Origin: Ignavibacteria bacterium
Lineage (GTDB): Bacteria; Bacteroidota; Ignavibacteria; Tepidaquicellales; Tepidaquicellaceae
DNA length: 64,000 nucleotides
Direction of reading: 5' to 3'
Assembly: GCA_036508135.1 (NCBI GenBank)
Contig: DATCHW010000016.1
Coordinates: 2,500-66,499 of the forward strand
A program made the position numbers and the translations under genes. The notes beneath the pieces were generated by a model, which did not search any database, was not told the origin of the DNA, and was given only the letters and a program-made list of their open reading frames with translations. This document shows positions 18,061 through 27,396 of this stretch, piece after piece (the first letter of the stretch is position 1; each line of letters starts with the position of its first letter).

Positions 18061-21000
18061 TTAATTCCCGAATCTGAAATTATCAACAATAAGGTTACCG
18101 GTATTATGCGTGACTTCAATCTTATCTATAGCAGTCGGTAAATTTATTCCGAAATAGGGATTAGCGTCTCCCGGTTGCACATAAGTATATATGCAATTAC
18201 CGGAAGTAACTTTAATTGTATAATTCCCAACCATCGGATAATACAGACCCATATCAAATCCCGCTTTTTTATACATTCCGGAGGGGAATACAATTGTAAT
18301 GTATTGACCTGCAGAACTAACAATATATTGATTCCAATAAGACGTGCAATTGGAGAAAGTTAATCCGTTCCTTGTCCAACCTGAAAGAGGAACAGGACTA
18401 CCGGAACTTGAAATTGGACTGCCGTCATCATTAGTGGAAAAATCAATCAGTTGTGATGAAGTTAATGTATTCATGAACGATATCGCGTCATACAGACGGT
18501 GATTTGAAGACGAATCACATCCTGTAGGATTCGGCGGTTTAATTACATCGATGTATGATGTACAACTATCACAAACTTTTCCGTTACATGAAACTTTCAG
18601 ATTAATTGAATATGTCCCTAATTCATTTAATTGAAAATTGTTAATTACTTGTGTATTAAATGATGTTTGTGTGCCTGTTATTGGTGATGTAATTTTCCAA
18701 TCGTAAGAAGCTTTGCAATTCTCTTTACCAATACAATTGTATGTTTGACTGACAAAATCCAAAGATACTCCTTCGATAATACCGGGGTGTTTATTCCCGC
18801 AAGGCAGGAAGGTTTCAATCTCTTCAATTATATTTCCATTAAATCCGTGAATTGTAAATCCTTTTTTATCTTCACTCCATCCACCGCAATCGCAGTCAGG
18901 CTTTCCGACTGTACGGAAATTGAAACCGCATGAATCACAAATTCTATCGCCGCAGTAAGCATAAATTGTAAATCTGTATTTACTTTCCGGTGGTGCCGTA
19001 AATGTAACAGGCAATGTTGTGGTTGTACCGGAATTGATAATACTGCCTGAACCTAAATCAATTATATTCCACTTGTAATTAGTTATACATCCGGGTTTGC
19101 TGCAAAGATAAGAAGATGCATTATATGTAATGTTTGAACCAGCAGCCATCGGACCATAAATCATTTTTTCAAAACAACCTATCTTCATTTTATTTTCGAT
19201 TCCGGTCGGATCTTTATAACCTATATTACTGTGTGGACTCCATCTATCACCGCAACCGCAATCATTTTGGATAACATTAATTCTAACCCAACATGAATCA
19301 CATACTCTTCCGCCGCAATATGCTTTAAATGATAAAATATAAGAGCCGGGTGTATTAAACATATAATTAAATGGATTACCGGTTCCTGTAACATGAATCG
19401 GGATTACTCCTGAACCACCTGTTAAATCCCATGAATATTCAGCGATACAGTTTTCAGTATTACATATATATGCAGGGAAAGTTAAAGTTAATTGAGAGTT
19501 TAAATCAACCGGAAACTTTGCGTCGCATAATACTGGATGCTGTAATCTATCGTTAACCGATACTTGTATTTCATTGCTTTCCCATTTACCGCAATCGCAG
19601 TCCGGCTTTCCGATTGTACTGAAATTAAAACCGCATGAATCGCATACTTTATCGCCGCAGTAAGCATAAATTGTAAATCTATATTTACTTTCCGGCGGTG
19701 CAGTAAATGTAACAGGTAATGTTGTTGTCGTACCTGAGTTAACAATACTGCCTGAACCCAAATCAATTATATTCCACTTGTAATTAGCTATACAATCGGG
19801 TTTGTTGCAAACATAAGAATTTGCATTATAATTAATAACTGAACCAACAGCCATCGGACCATAAATCATTTTTTCAAAACATCCTATCTTTAATTGATTT
19901 TCTTTTCCGTCAGGATTTATGTATCCAATATTGCTGTGTGGACTCCATTTATCACCGCAATCACATGTATCATGGTATATTATTATAGAATCGCAATTCG
20001 GCAGTCTAAAGCATAACGTGTCATAGCATGTATCTGTTTTTACAGGAGTGTATAGGAACATTTCTGTGTATATGCAACAGGACCCGGTCTGACTGGTTGA
20101 GAACTGACCGCTAACCGATATTGTACTGTTTGCAGAAATACTTCCGGAGTTATTACCAAGGAATGTACCGCAGGAGTTTGACAAAACGTAATTACCGATT
20201 GTCGAAGTAAGATTGGTTAAACTAATTATATAACCGTATTTTTTAACACCCGTTGGATCCTTTATGCACCAGAGTGAATCGAGTTTAGTCTCCAAACAGC
20301 CTTGTCCGATGTTGCAATTCGGCATAGTTTTACAAATTTCAGTGCTATAGCAGCACCAGTCATAATATTGCTGACCGTCTATTAATCTGTGTTCATATAA
20401 TGAAATATTAAAACAGAATTGAGAACCGGGATTTACTCCGCTGATTATCAACGTCTGTTGAGGCGAAATCATATTCGGAGCAATTGTAACATTACTGAAA
20501 TTGGCAGGAGAAAATATTAACGATGAAGGCGATAAAGGATTAAACTGGAAGCCTGTAGTTGTATGGGAAGAATTATTTTTTATATGAAACGTATATTGAA
20601 ATGTTCCATTTGGAAGACATATCAAAGAATCATTTATTAATTGCACACAGAGTGTTGGCGGAGGCGGTGGGATACACCGGGTTATCAGAGTATCTACGCA
20701 TTTTACGGAATCTTTCCCCACCCATTCTACAAGAATATGTTGAGTTGTAGATGTATAATTTGTTAAACAGAAATTAGCAATGTTTGATAAATTTCCTGTT
20801 GGGATAAAATTATTCGGATAATTTGCCGGATTATTTATAAGATTAATTTTATTATCCGGATTAGTGTTTGTCGAATACCAATTGTCTGATATATTTGTGT
20901 TCCAGGTACTAAAAGCTACACCTGTTTCAAGTGTTGTTAAATTTATTTGTGTGAAATAATTTCCCGAATAATTATTATGTAAATTCAAACTGTAGCAACA

Positions 21001-23121
21001 GTTCAACGGATCTCCAGTAATATCTGCACTGACCTCATTACATACACAAGATGGAATTTTTACACAAAGAGTATCATAGCACCAGCAGCAGCCATCGGGA
21101 CTTGTGAATTTGAAAATAATGCAGACTGATGAGTCAGGCGTAGCTCCGCTTATTGTAAACGCAGGCTGATTCGTTGTTTGCCCGGGAGTTACAGACGTAG
21201 ATAATGTCAAAGGTGACGGAGAAACACTTATACCTGATGGTACAGTATTAACTACTTCTATTTTATTTATTGGGAAAGAAGAGTTATTAGTGAACGAATA
21301 ATGTAAATTATAATTATTACCGTTGCAAAGTAAAGTATCTTTACTAAATGTAACACAAGGTATATCGCAATTTAAAGTTATTGTATCAGAACAAACTATA
21401 CTATTATCATTTTTTATCCAGTTAACCACAACATGCTGCGGACTTGATAGTTTATTCATGCAAAAATTAAAGAATCCATTTTGCTGACCCGTAGGAATAC
21501 TGCCTGCCAATTTTTGTATCGTAAATTCCTGCGGAGTATTAACAGGGAAAAACCAGCCCGATGGACTTCCTAATTGGCAGCTGCCTGTAACAAATGTATT
21601 CGGTGATTGAGCTAAGAATTGTATTTTTGTAATATTTGCAGTATTAGATGGATGTGTAAGATTTAAACTCCAGCAGCAGTCTCCAATTGCACTGCGTACA
21701 GGGACAACTTTAAATGAGTCACAGATACTGCCGTGATCAGGCGGCGGTACGCAGTCTCCTGTATTCTTTATACATATATTATCATACCCGATTCTTTCAT
21801 TCTGATAGTTTTGTACATCAACCCTTAATCTCACTTTTGTAACATTGCTTAGGAGCGAATTCCAGTTAACCTCAGAACCCGGTGTCATTACCCAATGTCC
21901 ATCTGAATTGGAAGGCAAAGTGCCGTCTGAATTAAGATACTTGAGTGGAGCACAATAAGTATGCCAGCCATCACCAACTGAAATTATATTCCAGGTAACG
22001 AAAGTAGCAGCAAAACCACTTCCTTCAATTGCTATGTAGGGCTGCATAGTAAGCGGAGGACTTGAAAAAGAATCTGTCGTATAGTAATAATCATCTCCAT
22101 TATATATGTAATTAACATCAAAACATAATGAACCACAGCTATCAGTCATCAGATCTCCCCAGTTTCCGGTATAAGTACTATCAACATTGAAAAAATATGA
22201 TGAACCTGATTGATCTGTTGTTTCTATATATTGTCCGGGATGACCGCCCGTCGGTTTAATTGTCTTTAGCGCATTGTTCACTTGCCAGCCCCCGGGTGTT
22301 CCATCTTCAAAATCAGTGCAAAAAGGTGCCAGGGGAGACTTTTTAACAGGAAGTGTCTTTATACCCCACCTGTCAAATATACTTATATTGCTTTGCAAGT
22401 CACCGACCTTAACCATCCATGCATATTTCTTTCCTGCTTCAAATTTCGGAGCGGACGCAGGATATTGAAAAAGTGTCTGCGAAATTCCTTCCTTTTCAAA
22501 GAATACTGTATTTCTTTTCATTGCTTCATCGGGAGATTGATCTCCTCTTATTTCTACAATTTTTATAGTATATGTTTGATTTGAACCGGGAGCTTTTATA
22601 TGCATCCACGTAAATACAGGATTATCAATTCTTATTTCCTCTTCATCTCTCGGAGAAATTAGTTGAGGTGCATCTCCGCCTATAATTTTCTGGTCAAAGC
22701 AGTCTTCTCCTGCAACTGTATTATCCGTCCGGCGTAATTCGCAGCATATTTTATAATCTCCCGGAGGAGCTCCGCCCGTATTCATAAAAGATTGCTTATA
22801 CTTCGGGTCTTTCGCCAGATAACTCACATCGGGAATTTTCGGTAAATCTGATACTTTGAAATTAGTCGTGCCTTTTTTTACTTCGAAAGTCATTGTCTGA
22901 CCTGTAGCTATCAGCTCGCTGTTTTCGTTGTTTGTCAATGAACCGTAAAGGTAAGCCGTGAAAGTTTCTCCGGTATTTATAATAGTTGCGTTCCATAAAT
23001 CCGCTGATCTAAGCTGATTTAACGGAGCACGCTTCATTCTGAATGTAACCTGAGCAAATAATGAACCCGAAGTTGATACGAGAATTATTACTGCGATAAG
23101 ATATATAATAACTTTTTTCAT
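18061..23121 (-). CDS. Giant (1686 aa) secreted Cys-rich multidomain surface protein, unassigned family
   Basis: Signal peptide, then the shared ~250-aa N-module, then many ~110-130-aa Cys-framed modules (e.g. ..CCWSLNL.., ..CCYSLNL.., CDCG.KW..). No T9SS C-terminal domain. Confidence 0.9.
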   Translation of the reverse strand: MKKVIIYLIAVIILVSTSGSLFAQVTFRMKRAPLNQLRSADLWNATIINTGETFTAYLYGSLTNNENSELIATGQTMTFEVKKGTTNFKVSDLPKIPDVSYLAKDPKYKQSFMNTGGAPPGDYKICCELRRTDNTVAGEDCFDQKIIGGDAPQLISPRDEEEIRIDNPVFTWMHIKAPGSNQTYTIKIVEIRGDQSPDEAMKRNTVFFEKEGISQTLFQYPASAPKFEAGKKYAWMVKVGDLQSNISIFDRWGIKTLPVKKSPLAPFCTDFEDGTPGGWQVNNALKTIKPTGGHPGQYIETTDQSGSSYFFNVDSTYTGNWGDLMTDSCGSLCFDVNYIYNGDDYYYTTDSFSSPPLTMQPYIAIEGSGFAATFVTWNIISVGDGWHTYCAPLKYLNSDGTLPSNSDGHWVMTPGSEVNWNSLLSNVTKVRLRVDVQNYQNERIGYDNICIKNTGDCVPPPDHGSICDSFKVVPVRSAIGDCCWSLNLTHPSNTANITKIQFLAQSPNTFVTGSCQLGSPSGWFFPVNTPQEFTIQKLAGSIPTGQQNGFFNFCMNKLSSPQHVVVNWIKNDNSIVCSDTITLNCDIPCVTFSKDTLLCNGNNYNLHYSFTNNSSFPINKIEVVNTVPSGISVSPSPLTLSTSVTPGQTTNQPAFTISGATPDSSVCIIFKFTSPDGCCWCYDTLCVKIPSCVCNEVSADITGDPLNCCYSLNLHNNYSGNYFTQINLTTLETGVAFSTWNTNISDNWYSTNTNPDNKINLINNPANYPNNFIPTGNLSNIANFCLTNYTSTTQHILVEWVGKDSVKCVDTLITRCIPPPPPTLCVQLINDSLICLPNGTFQYTFHIKNNSSHTTTGFQFNPLSPSSLIFSPANFSNVTIAPNMISPQQTLIISGVNPGSQFCFNISLYEHRLIDGQQYYDWCCYSTEICKTMPNCNIGQGCLETKLDSLWCIKDPTGVKKYGYIISLTNLTSTIGNYVLSNSCGTFLGNNSGSISANSTISVSGQFSTSQTGSCCIYTEMFLYTPVKTDTCYDTLCFRLPNCDSIIIYHDTCDCGDKWSPHSNIGYINPDGKENQLKIGCFEKMIYGPMAVGSVINYNANSYVCNKPDCIANYKWNIIDLGSGSIVNSGTTTTLPVTFTAPPESKYRFTIYAYCGDKVCDSCGFNFSTIGKPDCDCGKWESNEIQVSVNDRLQHPVLCDAKFPVDLNSQLTLTFPAYICNTENCIAEYSWDLTGGSGVIPIHVTGTGNPFNYMFNTPGSYILSFKAYCGGRVCDSCWVRINVIQNDCGCGDRWSPHSNIGYKDPTGIENKMKIGCFEKMIYGPMAAGSNITYNASSYLCSKPGCITNYKWNIIDLGSGSIINSGTTTTLPVTFTAPPESKYRFTIYAYCGDRICDSCGFNFRTVGKPDCDCGGWSEDKKGFTIHGFNGNIIEEIETFLPCGNKHPGIIEGVSLDFVSQTYNCIGKENCKASYDWKITSPITGTQTSFNTQVINNFQLNELGTYSINLKVSCNGKVCDSCTSYIDVIKPPNPTGCDSSSNHRLYDAISFMNTLTSSQLIDFSTNDDGSPISSSGSPVPLSGWTRNGLTFSNCTSYWNQYIVSSAGQYITIVFPSGMYKKAGFDMGLYYPMVGNYTIKVTSGNCIYTYVQPGDANPYFGINLPTAIDKIEVTHNTGNLIVDNFRFGN
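18870..19968. repeat. Intragenic duplication: two ~390-bp copies 705 bp apart inside the giant gene
   Basis: 18870-19262 and 19578-19968 align base for base with few changes. They encode CGCGDRWSPHSNIGYKDP.. and CDCGDKWSPHSNIGYINP.. through ..YRFTIYAYCGD(R/K)(I/V)CDSCGFNF. Confidence 0.9.
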
Positions 23122-23136
23122 GTAAGTATTTTTTTA

Positions 23137-23544
23137 TTATTTTAATATTTCACAAACGAACGATAGTGTTTTAACCGGTTCTTTTTCATCATTTGATGTT
23201 ACCGTTATTGTTTTACTGTTTATGCCTTCCCGTCCTTGTGTATTAAAAGTAACTTTTATTTCACCAGATTCACCGGGTGCAAATTCTTTTTTATCTCTCA
23301 GGGTTGCTCCCGTGCATCCGCAAGACGGGTGAACGGATTCTATAATTAAGTTAGCTGTTCCTGTATTTTTGAATTGAAAAAGATGCTCAAGCGTTTCTCC
23401 CTGCTGTACTTTTCCGAAATCAAATTGCATTTCATTAAATGTTAAAATCGCTTCCTTTTCAGTAGGTGTCACTTTTGCGCTGATTTTTATTGCTGCAAAA
23501 CAGATAAAAGTAAGCAGCAGCATACTATAAATAATTTTTTTCAT
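23137..23544 (-). CDS. DUF1573 domain-containing secreted protein
   Basis: 135 aa with a signal peptide. The HPSCGCTGA motif and surrounding Ig-like pattern are typical of DUF1573. Confidence 0.8.
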   Translation of the reverse strand: MKKIIYSMLLLTFICFAAIKISAKVTPTEKEAILTFNEMQFDFGKVQQGETLEHLFQFKNTGTANLIIESVHPSCGCTGATLRDKKEFAPGESGEIKVTFNTQGREGINSKTITVTSNDEKEPVKTLSFVCEILK

Positions 23545-23596
23545 TTTAATTTTTTATTTTTATTTTGTAAAGTATATTTTTATTAGAATTGGATTT

Positions 23597-23842
23597 ACTC
23601 AACTATCTTCCCGTTTTTTATCCGAATTGAACTTTTATTTTTCAGATTTTCCAGAGACTTTCTTAACACTTCAAGTTTTTCCTTCGGAATATTAAGGTCG
23701 TTTTCAAGGTCGGCGATTGCTTTTCGACTGTATCGTATTCTTTTGTTTCTGAGCTGTCAGAATCTTTTTGTATTATTATTAGCGGAGCTGAATTATGGTT
23801 TTGTTTTTTTATAATTCCCTTTAATCTATTCCAAATATTCAT
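23597..23842 (-). pseudogene. Frameshifted copy of the 82-aa gene 27037..27285
   Basis: The N-terminus MNIWNRLKGIIKKQNHNSAPLIIIQKDS is identical. The C-terminal half (..AIADLENDLNIPKEKLEVLRKSLENLKNKSSIRIKNGKIVE*) is readable only in another frame after small indels. Confidence 0.7.
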
Positions 23843-23906
23843 TGTGTGCAAATTTATTTAACACAAATTAGGACAATATAAACGTCACGGCAAGTATGAA
23901 TCAATA

Positions 23907-23955
23907 AACGGTATGAATTATTAAGTTAACGGTAGTGATTTCTAAACTAACGGTA
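23907..23955 (-). promoter_or_regulatory. Three direct ACCGTT repeats with 21-bp phasing (candidate LytTR operator), copy B
   Basis: AACGGTA on the plus strand starts at 23907, 23928 and 23949. On the coding strand it reads TACCGTT(A/T)A. It lies upstream of the pseudogene/DUF1573 operon. Confidence 0.55.
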
Positions 23956-24035
23956 AAGGAGAATATGAAAATAATGATGATTATAGTATTATTTCTTTGG
24001 ATAGAGTGCTGGCTGACACCGGTCAAAGACGCAAT

Positions 24036-24074
24036 TCAATAAAATAAACCCCTTGTGATATTCTTCAAGGGGTT
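24036..24074 (-). terminator. Rho-independent terminator of the 27285-24107 operon
   Basis: On the minus strand: AACCCCTTG-N10-CAAGGGGTT followed by TATTTTATT. Confidence 0.7.
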
Positions 24075-24106
24075 TTCAAAGTTAAGATTATGAATAATAA
24101 TAATTT

Positions 24107-24799
24107 TTATTTCACCAACACAAGTTTTTTAGTTATTACAGATTTAATATCACCGTCGGTCATAAGTCTATAGAAATACGCGCCGCTTGAAATTCCCGAA
24201 GCATCAAATTGCACGGTATAATATCCTGCTGTTTTGAATTCTTTCACGAGAGTCCTGATTTCACGTCCGGACATATCAAAGATGGTTATTTTCACATTAG
24301 CATCTTTTGGTATATCAAAATCAATCTTTGTGACAGGATTAAACGGATTCGGATAATTCTGGCTCAAATTAAATTTAGCAGGAATTCCGATTTCTACGGT
24401 TCCGCTCAGATTATGAAATTCAAAGTTCCCGTTATTATCTATTTGTTTGAGTCTGTAAGAATACTTTCCTGTTTGAAGGTTTCTATCTTCAAACGAATAG
24501 ATTGACGGAGTATTGACCGTTCCTCTTCCCGGCAGAAAACCAACTTTCGCAAAATTACCCGTAAGAGTTTTTCTTTCGATATCAAAGCCGGAGTTATTTT
24601 GTTCCGATGCAGTCACCCAATTTAGTTTGATATTTTGACCGCTTACAATTGATGTAAAAGAAGCAAGTTCAACGGGAAGCGGCGAATCAATTATTTCCAC
24701 GGAGAAAGCACCTCCGCCATTACCGCCTGTATATTGGGCTGTTAGCACTACCGGCAATGCCAGCATTAGCAGCGCTAAGTATATTGTTATCTTTTTCAT
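24107..24799 (-). CDS. T9SS C-terminal-sorting-domain secreted protein
   Basis: Likely start MKKITIYLALL.. (signal peptide); the long ORF extends to 24883. C-terminus ..LSQNYPNPFNPVTKIDFDIP...YFYRL...LVLVK. Confidence 0.8.
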   Translation of the reverse strand: MKKITIYLALLMLALPVVLTAQYTGGNGGGAFSVEIIDSPLPVELASFTSIVSGQNIKLNWVTASEQNNSGFDIERKTLTGNFAKVGFLPGRGTVNTPSIYSFEDRNLQTGKYSYRLKQIDNNGNFEFHNLSGTVEIGIPAKFNLSQNYPNPFNPVTKIDFDIPKDANVKITIFDMSGREIRTLVKEFKTAGYYTVQFDASGISSGAYFYRLMTDGDIKSVITKKLVLVK

Positions 24800-24849
24800 A
24801 TTTTTATTTTGATTTTTAATTTTAAAATTGTTTTCATTGATAACCCCGG

Positions 24850-26868
24850 CTAAGGTGCTAAACGAACTCCACGACCGCCACAATTACTGCTGTTACTATT
24901 GTCGGCGTTTTCCGCAATGGTGCGGTCGGAAACCTGCAAGAGCGTAGTATTACTTTGGTTCCAAGCGCCGCCACGCCAACCTGTGCCTGCTGCTTGCGTA
25001 ACACCGGTTATTCCCAAATAAATCGTATTTGCCGTTGTGGTTGTGCCATTTCCATTTATCCCCGGCCAGTAATTTACGTTTGCATCACCATTCTTATTCA
25101 ATGTGCCATCTCCGTTTAATCCGGTAAAACTACGTCCCGCAACATCACCTACAGTTACAGAACGATCCCATAGATTGCCGGTCATCTCCATTATACCATA
25201 ATACGTGGCGCCTGATGTTACGCGGGTAGATGTACCTGTTGCAAATACCCCAACCCGCACAGGTCCATTAATACTACCGGCGGAAGGAATAGTTGCAACA
25301 TATGCAGCATTGCCACAGATTGCTATGCCGTTAACAACATTTGCTTGATCAGAATATAAGCGGTGTGTAGGCATAACAGACACCGTAAAATGTGTTGCAT
25401 CTGTAATTCCTGTAACAACTGTACCCAGAGCAAAGGCGGCAGCGGTTTCGGCGCCGGCAATACCAGTGACGCTTACGGGCATTCCGATTCCGAGCCCCGT
25501 TGTGCTGATAACTGTAATTATGTTTCCTCCGGTAGAAGTAGCACCCGCATCAGAAATATAATTCGAACTATTAAGGTAATTAGTAGCTATAACTTCGTTG
25601 AATGCGCCGCTGTTGCTTAATGTATATGGGCTGCCAGCAATACCAGTTGTGCCCCAGGCATATTCGTTGGCTACTGCTGATACAGGTCCCCGGCAGGATT
25701 TTTCAAATTCCAGCTCAGTCATCGGGCGCAAGCCGCTCCAATCGAAATACGCCGCCATATCTGACCAGCTTATATCGTTACATGCTACAGACGAGTCGGC
25801 GGTAACATAACTACCTACCGCGCTGCCTGAAATACCATACCGAAAGCCACTGCTGGTGAATTTCCGTAACGTCGCCTGAGTTTGTGTCAGACTATTCAAA
25901 AAATCCACATACTCTTGTTGGCTTATTTCGTATTTCATGCAATAAAATGCAGAGTAACCGGTGGGGAATCCCGCTGAGAGAGTAGCGGTCGTTGTTCCTG
26001 TTAAATCCAAGCTGCCTCTGGCGGATAAATTAGATGCACTCGAACTTGAACTATTACCCTGAATTGTTGGTGCCGTAGATGTGATTTGAAACGGTATAGT
26101 AACCCCTGATATGCTATTAGCTGCTGTAAAGCTGAAATTTTCTGTTCCTCCGCTACCCACATAAAAATTCCCTTGCGGAACATACACCATCTCAACTGCA
26201 TAAACCCGTATATCCAAAGAAGCACCGTCGGCTACTCCGTTTACTCCATATTCCCAGCGGAGTTGTGTGTTAGTAAATGTGTTTGTGCCGGTACCATCGG
26301 CATCCCTATAAATAAATGCACCGGTTCCATCGGTTGCCGGAGTTATGGTTCTGCCTGAGATTGGGGAAAGCCCAGTTGTGTTAATCTTAGCGTGTTCCCA
26401 GATTGCAGAGCCGGTAATAACATTCGCTGCACCGGATAAAGGAGTAGTTGGAGTTGCAGACACTGTAAAAGTTGTTGTATTTATAATTGCTGTAACAACT
26501 GTACCCGCAGCAAATGTACCTGTACCTCCCGATTTGCTTACTGGCATTCCAACTCTAAGCCCCGAAGTACTAGTAACAGTAATTGTAGTACCTGAAGAAG
26601 TAGCGCCCGCAGCTGAAGTATAATTTCCTCTAACCTTGTACTTCACAAACACCCATGCGGCATCATAGTTATTGGGAGCAGAAGAGGTACGCCAGGAGTT
26701 TTCCCAGGTGAGGTCGAACTGAACTAGCGTGAAATGACTGCCAGTGTTTTCACCTGTTAAACTAACACTTCCAGGAGTGACACTAATGTTATTTGAAAAA
26801 GCACTGTATGTCAACAGCATAAACATAAAGACAAATAAGATTTGCCTTTGCAGAGATTTAAAAGACAT
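24850..26868 (-). CDS. FGE-sulfatase/SUMF1 (GldJ/GldK-like) domain protein with two inserted Thr/Gly/Ala-rich repeats
   Basis: Likely start MSFKSLQRQILFVF.. (signal peptide); the long ORF extends to 26991. SUMF1-type motifs YCMKYEISQQEY, RPMTELEFEKSCRG, YYGIMEMTGNLWD, RGGAW. Visibly higher G+C than its neighbours. Confidence 0.75.
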   Translation of the reverse strand: MSFKSLQRQILFVFMFMLLTYSAFSNNISVTPGSVSLTGENTGSHFTLVQFDLTWENSWRTSSAPNNYDAAWVFVKYKVRGNYTSAAGATSSGTTITVTSTSGLRVGMPVSKSGGTGTFAAGTVVTAIINTTTFTVSATPTTPLSGAANVITGSAIWEHAKINTTGLSPISGRTITPATDGTGAFIYRDADGTGTNTFTNTQLRWEYGVNGVADGASLDIRVYAVEMVYVPQGNFYVGSGGTENFSFTAANSISGVTIPFQITSTAPTIQGNSSSSSASNLSARGSLDLTGTTTATLSAGFPTGYSAFYCMKYEISQQEYVDFLNSLTQTQATLRKFTSSGFRYGISGSAVGSYVTADSSVACNDISWSDMAAYFDWSGLRPMTELEFEKSCRGPVSAVANEYAWGTTGIAGSPYTLSNSGAFNEVIATNYLNSSNYISDAGATSTGGNIITVISTTGLGIGMPVSVTGIAGAETAAAFALGTVVTGITDATHFTVSVMPTHRLYSDQANVVNGIAICGNAAYVATIPSAGSINGPVRVGVFATGTSTRVTSGATYYGIMEMTGNLWDRSVTVGDVAGRSFTGLNGDGTLNKNGDANVNYWPGINGNGTTTTANTIYLGITGVTQAAGTGWRGGAWNQSNTTLLQVSDRTIAENADNSNSSNCGGRGVRLAP

Positions 26869-27036
26869 TACAAAGTCCCGTTGAAAAGAACAGGGATTTT
26901 GGGCTGAGTGCTCCGTAAAGGGTAAGAAGAAAGAAAGAACATTTAATAAGCTCTTCCGAATCTTTAACAGAACATTTTTGAAATTTTTCATTTGATTTAT
27001 TTTTATTTGACGAAATATATTTTATTAGAATTTGAT

Positions 27037-27285
27037 TTAATCAACTATCTCCCCATTCTTTATCCGTATTGAACTTTTATTCTTAAGACTGTTCAGAGAC
27101 TTTCTTAACTGTTCAAGTTTATCCTTAGGAATGTTAAGGTCGCCCTCAAGGTCTGCGATTGCTATTTCGATTGAGCTGTATTCTTTATTCTCAATGCTGT
27201 TAGAATCTTTTTGTATTATTATTAGCGGAGCTGAATTATGGTTTTGTTTTTTTATAATTCCCTTTAATCTATTCCAAATATTCAT
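27037..27285 (-). CDS. Small (82 aa) hypothetical protein, first gene downstream of the candidate LytTR operator
   Basis: Intact ORF with no signal peptide and a predicted helical, charged C-terminus. A frameshifted second copy lies at 23597..23842. Confidence 0.55.
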   Translation of the reverse strand: MNIWNRLKGIIKKQNHNSAPLIIIQKDSNSIENKEYSSIEIAIADLEGDLNIPKDKLEQLRKSLNSLKNKSSIRIKNGEIVD

Positions 27286-27347
27286 TGTGTAAATTTATTT
27301 GACACAAATTAGGACAATATAAACGCCGCGGCAAGTATGAATCAGTA

Positions 27348-27396
27348 AACGGTATGAATTATTAAGTTAACGGTAGTGATTTCCAAATTAACGGTA
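27348..27396 (-). promoter_or_regulatory. Three direct ACCGTT repeats with 21-bp phasing (candidate LytTR operator), copy A
   Basis: AACGGTA starts at 27348, 27369 and 27390. On the coding strand they are followed by TTG-N20-TAATTTG and then the ATG at 27285. Confidence 0.55.

Noticed and set aside
24209-26623. Multiple 60-100-aa plus-strand ORFs inside 24107..26868; similar ORFs inside katG, the giant gene and the kinase
   Set aside because: They are all antisense or out-of-frame shadows within long, motif-supported minus-strand genes.
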